Shown here one piece after another: positions 38,805 to 48,261 of a stretch of 64,000 bases of DNA. The stretch is from a virus. Taxonomy: Duplodnaviria > Caudoviricetes. Each line of letters starts with the position of its first letter. Within the stretch, counting starts at the first letter, position 1. Where the stretch lies: positions 1 through 64,000 of IMG/VR virus record IMGVR_UViG_3300031867_000006, one strand, 5' to 3'. The translations under genes were made by a program, and so were the position numbers. The notes beneath the pieces were generated by a model. The model ran no database searches. It was not told the origin of the DNA and worked only from the letters and a program-made list of their open reading frames with translations.

Positions 38805-39002
38805 TTAATTTTTTATTCCTACAATAGCTTTTGCATATGCTTCGTTTTCGGTTCCCTTATATTTATTAACAAATTCCAACTTAGCTTCTAATGACTCTAA
38901 TACATATTTCTTACGAAAGCTGACTTTTGCAGCTGCTCTGCATCTAGCCTTTTCATAGTCCTCTTGTATATAGTCATATTCACTTGGTATTACGAACTCC
39001 AT
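38805..39002 (-). CDS. Small hypothetical protein, putatively early
   Basis: AGGAGG RBS; putative early promoter 39119-39140. Confidence 0.6.
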   Translation of the reverse strand: MEFVIPSEYDYIQEDYEKARCRAAAKVSFRKKYVLESLEAKLEFVNKYKGTENEAYAKAIVGIKN

Positions 39003-39118
39003 TGTTGATTATCCTCCTACACGTTAAAAGTTTCTATATGCTATCATAGTGCTACTATAATGCTATACAAAAAATGTGGAGTAGAGATAATCCTTTGGAC
39101 TCCGTCTCTTTATCTCTT

Positions 39119-39140
39119 TACAGTACTATAGTATGCAATT
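39119..39140 (-). promoter_or_regulatory. Putative early promoter (copy 5)
   Basis: AATTGCATACTATAGTACTGTA. Confidence 0.6.
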
Positions 39141-39207
39141 GAAATTATTATTAACCCAGTAATAGTCTAATCCAAAAACATTTATATAATTTATACGAAA
39201 GGAGGGA

Positions 39208-40302
39208 ATGAGGCGGTTTATGGCTACCAATATGAATCCTTTAGATGGAAGCAAAGAAACCAGAGGTAAGAAATCTTACACAAAAACTGGCGATATCGGA
39301 AAGTCCAGAACTTTCGAAATTAAGAATATCGGCGAAGTGATGGCTGCTAATAGATTATTCAAGAGATCTGAAATACAGATGTATAATAAGTTCTCTAGAT
39401 ATGGATTCATCAATCCATATGATAATGAGCAGTATCTCAGAGAATATCTATTCTTTACCAGACCGGATCTGAATCTATTAGCCGGCAAAAATAAATTAGC
39501 TTGCAAGGCTTATAAGACTGCTGGTGAAAATAGTACTAGAAGCCTTGAAGATATTCCTTATTTTGTGGATATGCTTAACAAGCAGTATTATACTCTGCTA
39601 TCTCTGCAGAGTTCTATGACTGATTTAAAGACTCCATTTATAAATCTACTCACTAATACATCTAGCTCTAGATTAGATCTTCCTGAGATTAACGCAGAAT
39701 CTCATGAGACTACCTCTAACATAATGGGATATACTATGAGTACAAGAGGTCACAGTCTTAAATCCGGAGTTGGATTTGATTTTAATTTGCAATTTAACGA
39801 CACGGCATATTTAGAGGTTTATAATCTGGCTAAAATTTATGATACTTATGTAAATATGTGTAGAGTCGGCGAGCATACTAATAAGAAGGATTATATCACT
39901 AATGGTATTGATCCTATACAGTTCTCTATATATAAGTTCTTAGTCGGTCAGGATGGCGAAACCATTATGTACTATGCTAAGATCACTGGAGTATATATAA
40001 ATAACGTCCCAAGAGGCGATATGTCTGATCCAACAGACTTTGGTAAGATTAGTTTAGGGTTCCATGGGTTCGATGTAGATGATTCTAACCCTGCTATACT
40101 TGGAGAGTTTAACTCTTTAGTTGGTAAATATCTTAATGGTACTAAAGAAGCTATGACCATGTTATATTCCCATGGAGGCGTAAACAATGATTGGGCTTGG
40201 CTTCCTTACGTAACTAGGAATATGGATGCTAGATCTAAGAGAAGAGCTCCCAAAGGATCTGAAAATACAAACTATGATTACAGACTTAAATGGATAAAAT
40301 AA
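39208..40302 (+). CDS. Putative tail tube-like/baseplate structural protein
   Basis: YLFFTRPDLNL; lies directly before the baseplate wedge-like gene; ACA-N6-TAA at 39177. Confidence 0.5.
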   Translation: MRRFMATNMNPLDGSKETRGKKSYTKTGDIGKSRTFEIKNIGEVMAANRLFKRSEIQMYNKFSRYGFINPYDNEQYLREYLFFTRPDLNLLAGKNKLACKAYKTAGENSTRSLEDIPYFVDMLNKQYYTLLSLQSSMTDLKTPFINLLTNTSSSRLDLPEINAESHETTSNIMGYTMSTRGHSLKSGVGFDFNLQFNDTAYLEVYNLAKIYDTYVNMCRVGEHTNKKDYITNGIDPIQFSIYKFLVGQDGETIMYYAKITGVYINNVPRGDMSDPTDFGKISLGFHGFDVDDSNPAILGEFNSLVGKYLNGTKEAMTMLYSHGGVNNDWAWLPYVTRNMDARSKRRAPKGSENTNYDYRLKWIK

Positions 40303-40323
40303 ACAGAAAGGAGTATAATTTGA

Positions 40324-43300
40324 ATGGCATCAACAAATACTAATACAAATAGTAATGTATTGACCACGGATATATATGAGATTGCTGATTTCATTGATAC
40401 TATAAGAAGCAATACTATATCCGAAGTCGACGCAACTGCTGCTATGGTTGGTATATTCGGTTATATGTCTGAAGTTCATTCGCAATCATTACAAGATGTA
40501 TTAATTAAGATATCTGAGACTAGTAATGAAGCTATCGCTACCAGAGCTAAGTTCTCTAAGAATATATTAGCTCATGCTATGAACGCTGCTATAACAGATA
40601 TTAATAGTCATCCTGCGATGATGACAATGATGATATATTTACCGATTGATTATATGATGCAGAACCTCGCATCATACGATAGCATTACAGGTAAATCTAC
40701 ATTCATTTTAAGCCATGAAGTACCATTTAATATAGATGATCATGAGTTCCATTTAGATTATGATGTAATAATCAATAGAACTCGTAATTCATCTGGTACT
40801 TATGTATATACAGCGATGTATGATCTGTTTGAACCTGGAACTACGCAGATTAAACAGCGCAATTCTATATCAAATATATCCAACCCTTATATCACTACTA
40901 TAATTCAGACTACTGTAGATAGTGAAGATTATGTAGCTTTCTCAGCAAGACTTCATCAGGTTAAGCTTGATGTTATCGAGAAGGATATCCTTACAGATAC
41001 AGATATCGAGAATAAAGCTATCACTTTTGAATTCGATAATCAGCTCGCTACATTTGATGTAGATGTTGTTGAGTCTGATGGTACTGTTAGACATCTGACG
41101 CCAATATATGCTGGTCTGCTTGATTATACAGTTGAGGATGGTCAGTGGTGCTACTATGAATATATAACTGAAAATTGCATAAGAATCCTCTTTTCCAGAG
41201 ATAGCTACATTCCAGGCCTCAACGCAACCGTTAAAGTTAACGTACAGATCTCTGAAGGCTCCGGAGGTAACTTCACTTATACTACTAATTTTAGGACTGC
41301 ACTTAAATCAGATACATATGATAACTATAATGGTATGTATGCTCTTATCTATCCACTTATGAATGGTATTTCAAATGGTGGTAAAGATAAGAAGTCTGTT
41401 GCTGATCTTAAGAAGATTATCCCTAGAGAAACCTCCTCTAGAGGCAGCGTTATTAATACTACTGATTTAAATAACTTCTTCAATAGTATTAATGATAATA
41501 ATACCCATCTGTACTTTTACAAGAAAAAGGATAATCCTTTTGAGAGATTGTACTATACTTATCTCATTATGAAGAAGAGAGACGTGGTATTTCCGACGAA
41601 TACATTGGATCTTAAGATTCAGCAGTCTGACTTTAAGAAAGACTCAGAGAATAATAATCTTATTATTACTCCTGGAACGGTATTTTATTATTATGATCAT
41701 GGTAGTGATTACTTGAATGATTATTGTACAGTGGTTCCACCTGAGTATGAGGAAGGCTTAGATCCTGAGCAGTATCCATATCCAATGGTTAAGAACGCCG
41801 ATGGTCAGCTTGTTAGAGTATTCGAATATGTAAGTCCTTTCTTAATGACTATAGATGATGATTTAATTATATCTTATCTCTTTACAGTAATGAATGAGAA
41901 TAAGACCTTTAAGTTTGAATCTATTAATACAGCTTCAGACACCCAGTTTATTGCTACTAATATGGATTGGACTCGGAAGTACGTATATAAAGATGAGAAT
42001 GGCAATGAGCAGTTCTATGAATATAAATACAATATGAAGATGGATCTGCTGATGAATACAAATCAGACAGATTATAAACTCTGTACTGTAGATACTGACG
42101 CTAACGGTAATAAGTTTATCTCAGATTGTAGAGTTAAAGTTATTATGGTTCTTTATGCTGATTCTACCGATAGGCATCCTTACAGATATCTTGAAGGTTA
42201 TATTACTGAGTATGATGATCTCGAAGGCATCTTCACGTTTAGTTTTGATCTTGATACTGATGATATGATGGATAGTAATAATAGAATTAATATTCTTAAT
42301 ATTTATAATGCTAAACCTGAAGCATACCAGAAAGTTGATTCTATGGAATCATCCCATGGTTATCTTAGCAAGAATACATTTGCTAAGATTTATATATTAG
42401 CAGATTTCGGATTAAGAGCTGGTGATGAAGTTGATGGTGTAGAGATCGATGAGGATGAAGAAACTATTGTACTCTTTGGAGATGATGGTATTGGTAATCG
42501 TACAGAAATAGAGAATATTGTTCCTACAAAGCAGGATCTTATAGATGAGTTCCTTAGGAATGAAATCTATTATGATGAAGATGGCAATCAAATTAACGTT
42601 ATCTCTATTATGAGATCAAAACCTGAGTATATGGAGGAAGTCTTCTTATATAATGGTAATGAGATTGCGACTACATCGGCTATACTGAGATATCTCCGTA
42701 ATAACCAGAATTCAGACTTTGTACAGAATGTGCTTCTGCAGGATGAGTATTCTAAGCTCGTAATAGAGTCTTACAACTTTATTGATTTGGCTAGATATAC
42801 ACTCTGTAATGTATTATCTGTAGATGGTGGTATAGACTTCTACCATGATTATTCTAAGATTATGACAGGTGTAGTCAATATCGCTAAAGTTAATAGAGTA
42901 GATATTCAGGGTAATCCTGTATATAAGGCAATTCCTAGATCAGATTCTTATGGTAATCCTTATAATGAATACAAACCTCTCTATGTAACCAATGATGATG
43001 GAACTCCGTTCTATAATTATACCATTAGTAGAATTCCTATGATAAAGAATGGGTTCCTTGTATCAGAAGCAGATGTACAGGAGTTTATTTTTGATATAGA
43101 AGAGCGTCGTAAATACATAGAAGAGTGTATGCTGGTTCTTGAGGATACATTTGGATTGGACTTCAAGTTTGTTAATACATATGGACCTTCTAAGAGATTC
43201 TATTATATTCTTCCTAACGAGAAGTCTTACTACGCTACGGCTATACTTAAGAGGGTATATATCTATAACAATACAGATGCTGAAGAGAAGATTGACGCAT

Positions 43301-43752
43301 TGACTATCGGTCAGCAAGTTAAGATTCTTAGCGCATCTGGAATCTGGGGATATATTGAATCTCCAACTGCTGGTTATGTAAGGCTCTCTGAATTAGAGAG
43401 GGTTAAGAACTACATTAATAATGTGGCTGTTAAATTTAAGTTTGCTCTTGAAGCTGAGACCTCCGCTGATAAGAATATTGGTGGAAATATTATCTATGAT
43501 ATTAAGAACTATGTGGAGACTATCAATGAAATTAATGAAATCCATGTTCCTAATATTATTACTCTCATTACGAATAACTTCAGGGAGCAGATTAAGTACT
43601 TTGAGTTCCTCGATGTAAATGGATATGGAGCTGCTTGTCAGCATCTATACCTCGATGATACAGAAGATGTAGATACTTGCCCTGAATTTATCAATATCGA
43701 ATCTTCTGATGATTCCACACATGCTCCAGTTATGGAGATTACGGTGTATTAA
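40324..43752 (+). CDS. Baseplate wedge subunit-like protein with an SH3b-like insert near the C-terminus
   Basis: SEGSGGN and GGKDKKSVADLKK.IP.....R..V..TDL resemble T4 gp6/baseplate-J blocks; KIDALTIGQQVKIL..SGIWGYIE...GYV looks SH3b-like. Confidence 0.65.
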   Translation: MASTNTNTNSNVLTTDIYEIADFIDTIRSNTISEVDATAAMVGIFGYMSEVHSQSLQDVLIKISETSNEAIATRAKFSKNILAHAMNAAITDINSHPAMMTMMIYLPIDYMMQNLASYDSITGKSTFILSHEVPFNIDDHEFHLDYDVIINRTRNSSGTYVYTAMYDLFEPGTTQIKQRNSISNISNPYITTIIQTTVDSEDYVAFSARLHQVKLDVIEKDILTDTDIENKAITFEFDNQLATFDVDVVESDGTVRHLTPIYAGLLDYTVEDGQWCYYEYITENCIRILFSRDSYIPGLNATVKVNVQISEGSGGNFTYTTNFRTALKSDTYDNYNGMYALIYPLMNGISNGGKDKKSVADLKKIIPRETSSRGSVINTTDLNNFFNSINDNNTHLYFYKKKDNPFERLYYTYLIMKKRDVVFPTNTLDLKIQQSDFKKDSENNNLIITPGTVFYYYDHGSDYLNDYCTVVPPEYEEGLDPEQYPYPMVKNADGQLVRVFEYVSPFLMTIDDDLIISYLFTVMNENKTFKFESINTASDTQFIATNMDWTRKYVYKDENGNEQFYEYKYNMKMDLLMNTNQTDYKLCTVDTDANGNKFISDCRVKVIMVLYADSTDRHPYRYLEGYITEYDDLEGIFTFSFDLDTDDMMDSNNRINILNIYNAKPEAYQKVDSMESSHGYLSKNTFAKIYILADFGLRAGDEVDGVEIDEDEETIVLFGDDGIGNRTEIENIVPTKQDLIDEFLRNEIYYDEDGNQINVISIMRSKPEYMEEVFLYNGNEIATTSAILRYLRNNQNSDFVQNVLLQDEYSKLVIESYNFIDLARYTLCNVLSVDGGIDFYHDYSKIMTGVVNIAKVNRVDIQGNPVYKAIPRSDSYGNPYNEYKPLYVTNDDGTPFYNYTISRIPMIKNGFLVSEADVQEFIFDIEERRKYIEECMLVLEDTFGLDFKFVNTYGPSKRFYYILPNEKSYYATAILKRVYIYNNTDAEEKIDALTIGQQVKILSASGIWGYIESPTAGYVRLSELERVKNYINNVAVKFKFALEAETSADKNIGGNIIYDIKNYVETINEINEIHVPNIITLITNNFREQIKYFEFLDVNGYGAACQHLYLDDTEDVDTCPEFINIESSDDSTHAPVMEITVY

Positions 43753-43789
43753 ACAACATTTTAGTAAATTATTAAGGAGGTAAATCACT

Positions 43790-44788
43790 ATGTATGATTC
43801 TAGAGATATAGAGTTTGCTGACATGAGCTATCCATCAGAAAGCAGAGCTGCTCTTTACGCAGACATTCACGCACAGCATGAAGCCCTTGTACAGGAAGAA
43901 GAGAACAGAAGAAATATGGAAGAGCTCGCAGCCCAGAGAGAATATGATGAGGCAGTGTCTTCTTATAATGAGTATGCTGGCATCGGCAATACTCTTGAAG
44001 CAGATCGTGTAGCTTACTTAGAGAGCGTTAAGAATGCGCTTCTCTGTGAGTCTCTGCTTAGAGTATATAAAGAGAGCTATGCTACTCCGCTTAGCAACTC
44101 TAATGCTCATAAAGCTAAATGTTTTATAATGAACTTCATTAAAGAGCAGGGCGCTAATGATATTCTTCGCACATGCAGAACAAAGAGTCGCCTTCTGTCA
44201 GAACTCTCCCAGGTTGTAGATAAAGCCTACGATAAGGTTATCGAGAATGCTGATGCTGCGGAGTGTGATGAGAATATAGATCTTGCAGAAGTTCTTAGAA
44301 ACAATAGACTTACTCAGGATATCACGGATGACTTCTACTCAGAGCTTAATGATATCGATATTAATGATGCTGCTTCTATGATCAAAGAGCGCGTATCTGA
44401 TACAATCGCTGATTTCATCGATACTAATACAGCTGCAAAGCTTGATTATCAGGAGATCCTCGATAATGCTAAGGATCAGATTGATTCTACAAGTAATGAA
44501 GAATATAAGGAAGACATCCAGGCTAGAGCAGAAGCTCAGATTATGCAGATGGAAAACTATAAGGATAAGTCAGTATTCCAGTGCATGATTGAGGCTATGA
44601 CTAAGCAGATCTTCAAAAATGATGATCTTAAGGCTAAGTACATTAAGGAAGGTACCAATGTAGATATGGATGCTATCGTAGAGAATGCACAGATTGCATA
44701 TACTCTTCTGGAGATGGTTAATACTCTTGGTATCATCAATGTAGATGAAGCTTACATTGCCAAGTATCTCGACGCACTTAATAAATAA
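43790..44788 (+). CDS. Putative virion protein (acidic, helical)
   Basis: 332-aa ORF; ACA-N6-TAA at 43755. Confidence 0.5.
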   Translation: MYDSRDIEFADMSYPSESRAALYADIHAQHEALVQEEENRRNMEELAAQREYDEAVSSYNEYAGIGNTLEADRVAYLESVKNALLCESLLRVYKESYATPLSNSNAHKAKCFIMNFIKEQGANDILRTCRTKSRLLSELSQVVDKAYDKVIENADAAECDENIDLAEVLRNNRLTQDITDDFYSELNDIDINDAASMIKERVSDTIADFIDTNTAAKLDYQEILDNAKDQIDSTSNEEYKEDIQARAEAQIMQMENYKDKSVFQCMIEAMTKQIFKNDDLKAKYIKEGTNVDMDAIVENAQIAYTLLEMVNTLGIINVDEAYIAKYLDALNK

Positions 44789-44854
44789 GTGTATGCAAAT
44801 AGGCCGTCGAGTTGAGCGATGAGGCCGGCCCGGTGGTTTATTTCATATAAATTC

Positions 44855-44879
44855 ACCCCTAGGCAAATTGCCTAGGGGT
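44855..44879. terminator. CCCTAGG-family hairpin between convergent genes
   Basis: ACCCCTAGGCAA-A-TTGCCTAGGGGT. Confidence 0.7.
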
Positions 44880-44888
44880 ATTATCTTA

Positions 44889-45140
44889 TCAAATTTTAAT
44901 AAGTGTATTAGAAGCATTCAGCGTAAATATATTTAATACGCTGCGATCACATTTATCATTATACCATGCTTTGAATGCTGTTAATATAGCATCCACAGGG
45001 TCAGATGAATGTGTTACTCTAATAGTACGATCGCCATTATTAATAACACTATCACATTCGATAAGATCACAAAGATCATTAATATTATCCTTCTTATTGA
45101 TTTCTATACGTGCATTATACAGATCTTTTAAGTTATTCAT
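44889..45140 (-). CDS. Hypothetical protein
   Basis: 83-aa ORF with GGAGG RBS. Confidence 0.55.
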   Translation of the reverse strand: MNNLKDLYNARIEINKKDNINDLCDLIECDSVINNGDRTIRVTHSSDPVDAILTAFKAWYNDKCDRSVLNIFTLNASNTLIKI

Positions 45141-45145
45141 TATTT

Positions 45146-45859
45146 TTAACCTCCGAAATAGTCTACATTCATTCCGTCGGTAAAATCTTTCCTCTTTGTT
45201 ATTGATTTGTACTGGTTATAGCAACATAATTGATTAGCATATTTTAAATCAATTTCCATTCTTGGTAATACTGAATAATATTTGCGTAATGTAGCGTCTA
45301 CTACAACAATATCGTCTATCCATACATTCTGCGTGAACGCATCTGAATAGCTCTTCTCGATATTATCAAAGTCAGGTTTAATCATAGGCCTAATTAAGCC
45401 TATTTCAGCAAGGAACGTGTCGACTCTATTATAAGCCGCCGGTGTGGGAAAATATGCTTTGTATTCTATATCACATGGAGTACAAAGCAATTGCTCAAGA
45501 TGGCTTAAGTGCTCTTTGGTTATCATACTCATATATTCTCTATTCTGTCTACCAGTAATTGAATATACTTGTATAAATCCATTGAGTCCAGTCACAGCAT
45601 TTACAATACCTTTCTTATTGATTAGCCTAGCACGAGGTCTAGGTGTATATTCAGGTATTTCATAAAGAACTAATCTTATGGTTTCATAATATGTAGAATC
45701 AATGAAGTTTTGTCTAGAAGCAATTATCTGCTCTTGCATAAAGTCAGTTATTTTAAGAGTATCGCAAAGGTATTCTAACCTCTGTCTATAATCTCTAGGT
45801 ACATGACCATACTTCATTTCGTATTCAATCATTTTGGTCTTTTTACTTTTCTCCGCCAT
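45146..45859 (-). CDS. rusA: RusA-like Holliday junction resolvase
   Basis: PRPR, KPDFDNIEK..SD and WIDD..VV catalytic pattern. Confidence 0.82.
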   Translation of the reverse strand: MAEKSKKTKMIEYEMKYGHVPRDYRQRLEYLCDTLKITDFMQEQIIASRQNFIDSTYYETIRLVLYEIPEYTPRPRARLINKKGIVNAVTGLNGFIQVYSITGRQNREYMSMITKEHLSHLEQLLCTPCDIEYKAYFPTPAAYNRVDTFLAEIGLIRPMIKPDFDNIEKSYSDAFTQNVWIDDIVVVDATLRKYYSVLPRMEIDLKYANQLCCYNQYKSITKRKDFTDGMNVDYFGG

Positions 45860-46151
45860 TGTTATCCTCTTCTTCAGGTGCCGCTAAGCACCTAAATACA
45901 TTAACGTTGCCTATAATGAGTTCTACAAATCTAAATATAAAGAAATCACTCTCATGTAAAACAACAGGTTTATAACCTTCCTTATAATAGATAGTATCAT
46001 TATCTGCTGTAACGTATACATTATCATAGTCTATTGGCTTAAATTTTTCTAAAATTTTAGCACTTCCTATTATTGTGAAGGATTCATAAGCCTTTTCAAA
46101 TATTTTTACTTTCTGGCTTACAAATCCATATAGTTGTGAGAATTCAATCAT
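45843..46151 (-). CDS. Hypothetical protein
   Basis: 102-aa ORF with RBS. Confidence 0.55.
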   Translation of the reverse strand: MIEFSQLYGFVSQKVKIFEKAYESFTIIGSAKILEKFKPIDYDNVYVTADNDTIYYKEGYKPVVLHESDFFIFRFVELIIGNVNVFRCLAAPEEEDNNGGEK

Positions 46152-46160
46152 ATAACCTCC

Positions 46161-46451
46161 TTAGATAAGCGGCAAAATATATACTCTATGAGGGTCACCA
46201 TAGAAATTAGTCTTAACCGTAACAAAATATATAGCGTTAGGACACTCTTCTGTAGGTTCTATGCGCTCTGTTGTAAAGCCATCTCTAGCTTTAAACGTTA
46301 TACGTATATTTGTTCGTATAGGTCTTATTCTTTCTATTGCCGTTTTGGGACCCAGTATTATTATCATTGCTGTTTCTGGTAGATCTATATGCTCATAAGT
46401 TTTAATCTTATCTATGGCATAATCGTATAGTTCTTTATGAGTCATAAACAA
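46161..46451 (-). CDS. Hypothetical protein
   Basis: 96-aa ORF with RBS. Confidence 0.55.
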   Translation of the reverse strand: MFMTHKELYDYAIDKIKTYEHIDLPETAMIIILGPKTAIERIRPIRTNIRITFKARDGFTTERIEPTEECPNAIYFVTVKTNFYGDPHRVYILPLI

Positions 46452-46483
46452 TCCTCCTGTTTAAGTATATGTATATAGCATAA

Positions 46484-48184
46484 TCAAAATACACCAAACA
46501 CCTTGGCTACCTTATTGTTTAATGACTGTACTATAGATCCAAATATACCACTAGTAACCGCATCCTGTAAGTTACCTTTCTGCAATGTAAAGTATAATTT
46601 AGCCATTCTCTGAATATCCTGGTCATTTATATTGACGCCGCATGAATTGGCTATATAATCTAATTCAGTTATATTGCTGAATAATGCTAAACCGAACTTT
46701 CCTTTAGTAGATACTCCTTTGGTCATAGCCATGCCTTCATACATATCTTTTATACCAAAAGATACTTCAGCGACTGTAGGAATACCATCGACTGTCCATT
46801 CACCCTCAGCGCCCTTATTAACAGATAAGTCAGTAATAATACCCATATCTACATTAAATAAGCCTTTATAATAGCATCTAACGAGGAATGGTGAGTAATA
46901 AGCCTGACTAATAGATTCTCTTGGTAATGTAAGTGCTATCAGATGATATATAGGCACTAATATATACAAGAATACAGACAGTTTATCCCCCGCCGGAGCC
47001 ACAAGCTTCATAGACGCAGAGTAAGACCTACCGAAATTAGAATCAGTCCATATTTCAGGGAATATCAATTTACCACCGGCTAATAAAGTCTGCGCTTTAT
47101 TAATTATTCCAGTAAGCATATTATTACCACCAAGACCAACTCTCTTAACAGCATCCTGTACGTTTTGCATATTCTTCTCTAAATCGCCCTGGCCAGTAAA
47201 CTTATCAAGGGTTGCGCCAACTGTGGAACCTATAGTACCAGCTAAGAAGTTCATTTCTCTAGCCTGGTCGGATAATCCATTGATTGTTGATGATAATGAT
47301 GATTGTCCAGTGCTATTAGAAAAGCTATCGCTGACTGTAGAGCCACAATCTGCATAGAAAGCAATACAACCAGTGTAAGGTCCAAGAAATCTACTCATCT
47401 GACCATGTGAGAATATATTCAGTGAGCTCTTACCATCTGATGTATTGTAGAGCCAGTTCTTTGAACCAAGCTCTTTCCCATCTACAGTAACCTTATCGAT
47501 ACCTAATATGATAGCAGCAGCTCTAACCATAGTATTTACATAAGCGAAATAGCTTACATAATCATATTTAAGAGAATAATATTTTCCACTACCATTCTTC
47601 ATAAGTTTATCAAATGTAGCCTCAGCCATACCATTAAATATATTAGCTAATGCTATCTTCTTATCCTTCTTAGAGAAAGATGACATGAATGATGGTACAC
47701 CGGGTGTAATAAGTAATAGAGGAATATTCTTAATAATTCTTTCCGAATATACTCTACCAAATGCAGTATTATCACTAGATCCATCTATTCTAAAATCAGT
47801 GTTAGGTAAAAATTGCATAGGTAGACCTAATACACCTCGCATATCCCTAATACGTAATCCTTCTTGTAATTTATCATAATAGTTACCATCTGAGAATCTA
47901 GAATATTCAATAAGAAATGCAGAATCCAAATCTATATCATAATTATCTTCATCATTAGATGCTAAATATTCTTTATTTGATTCCTGGAATTGTTCATACT
48001 TAGTCTTGGTACTTTCCAGCTTCTTCTCCAGTTTTTTCTTCTCATCTTCATCTGTAGTCGCGGCGATCTCAGATTCAAGATTAGATATTTTACTTTGATA
48101 AGAATCAGATTTATCTTGAGCTTGCTGTTTCTTTTTGGCGTAATTACCAATCTCTTCAGCGGTCATTTTAGCCATAGGAATCAC
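46484..48184 (-). CDS. Putative tail/baseplate structural protein
   Basis: Follows the tape measure gene; FPEIW.DS.F.RSY and GIITDLSV.KG..W..DG.PT blocks; ACA-N6-TAA at 48193. Confidence 0.55.
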   Translation of the reverse strand: MIPMAKMTAEEIGNYAKKKQQAQDKSDSYQSKISNLESEIAATTDEDEKKKLEKKLESTKTKYEQFQESNKEYLASNDEDNYDIDLDSAFLIEYSRFSDGNYYDKLQEGLRIRDMRGVLGLPMQFLPNTDFRIDGSSDNTAFGRVYSERIIKNIPLLLITPGVPSFMSSFSKKDKKIALANIFNGMAEATFDKLMKNGSGKYYSLKYDYVSYFAYVNTMVRAAAIILGIDKVTVDGKELGSKNWLYNTSDGKSSLNIFSHGQMSRFLGPYTGCIAFYADCGSTVSDSFSNSTGQSSLSSTINGLSDQAREMNFLAGTIGSTVGATLDKFTGQGDLEKNMQNVQDAVKRVGLGGNNMLTGIINKAQTLLAGGKLIFPEIWTDSNFGRSYSASMKLVAPAGDKLSVFLYILVPIYHLIALTLPRESISQAYYSPFLVRCYYKGLFNVDMGIITDLSVNKGAEGEWTVDGIPTVAEVSFGIKDMYEGMAMTKGVSTKGKFGLALFSNITELDYIANSCGVNINDQDIQRMAKLYFTLQKGNLQDAVTSGIFGSIVQSLNNKVAKVFGVF

Positions 48185-48222
48185 CTCCTTTATTACATTA
48201 TTGTTTAAGCGGCATAAAATTA

Positions 48223-48246
48223 AGGGTAGCCACTTAGGGCTACCCT
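48223..48246. terminator. Hairpin terminator after the tape measure gene
   Basis: AGGGTAGCC-ACTTAG-GGCTACCCT. Confidence 0.7.
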
Positions 48247-48261
48247 ATATAATCATAAGTT

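Noticed and set aside
44795-44840. GC-rich patch GGCCGTCGAGTTGAGCGATGAGGCCGGCCCGG as a tRNA or ncRNA fragment
   Set aside because: Too short, no cloverleaf or T-loop motif, only a weak stem
45146-45859. RusA as the dedicated invertase for the cassette switch
   Set aside because: RusA is a general junction resolvase, lies 20 kb away and is common in large phages; it could at most assist homologous recombination
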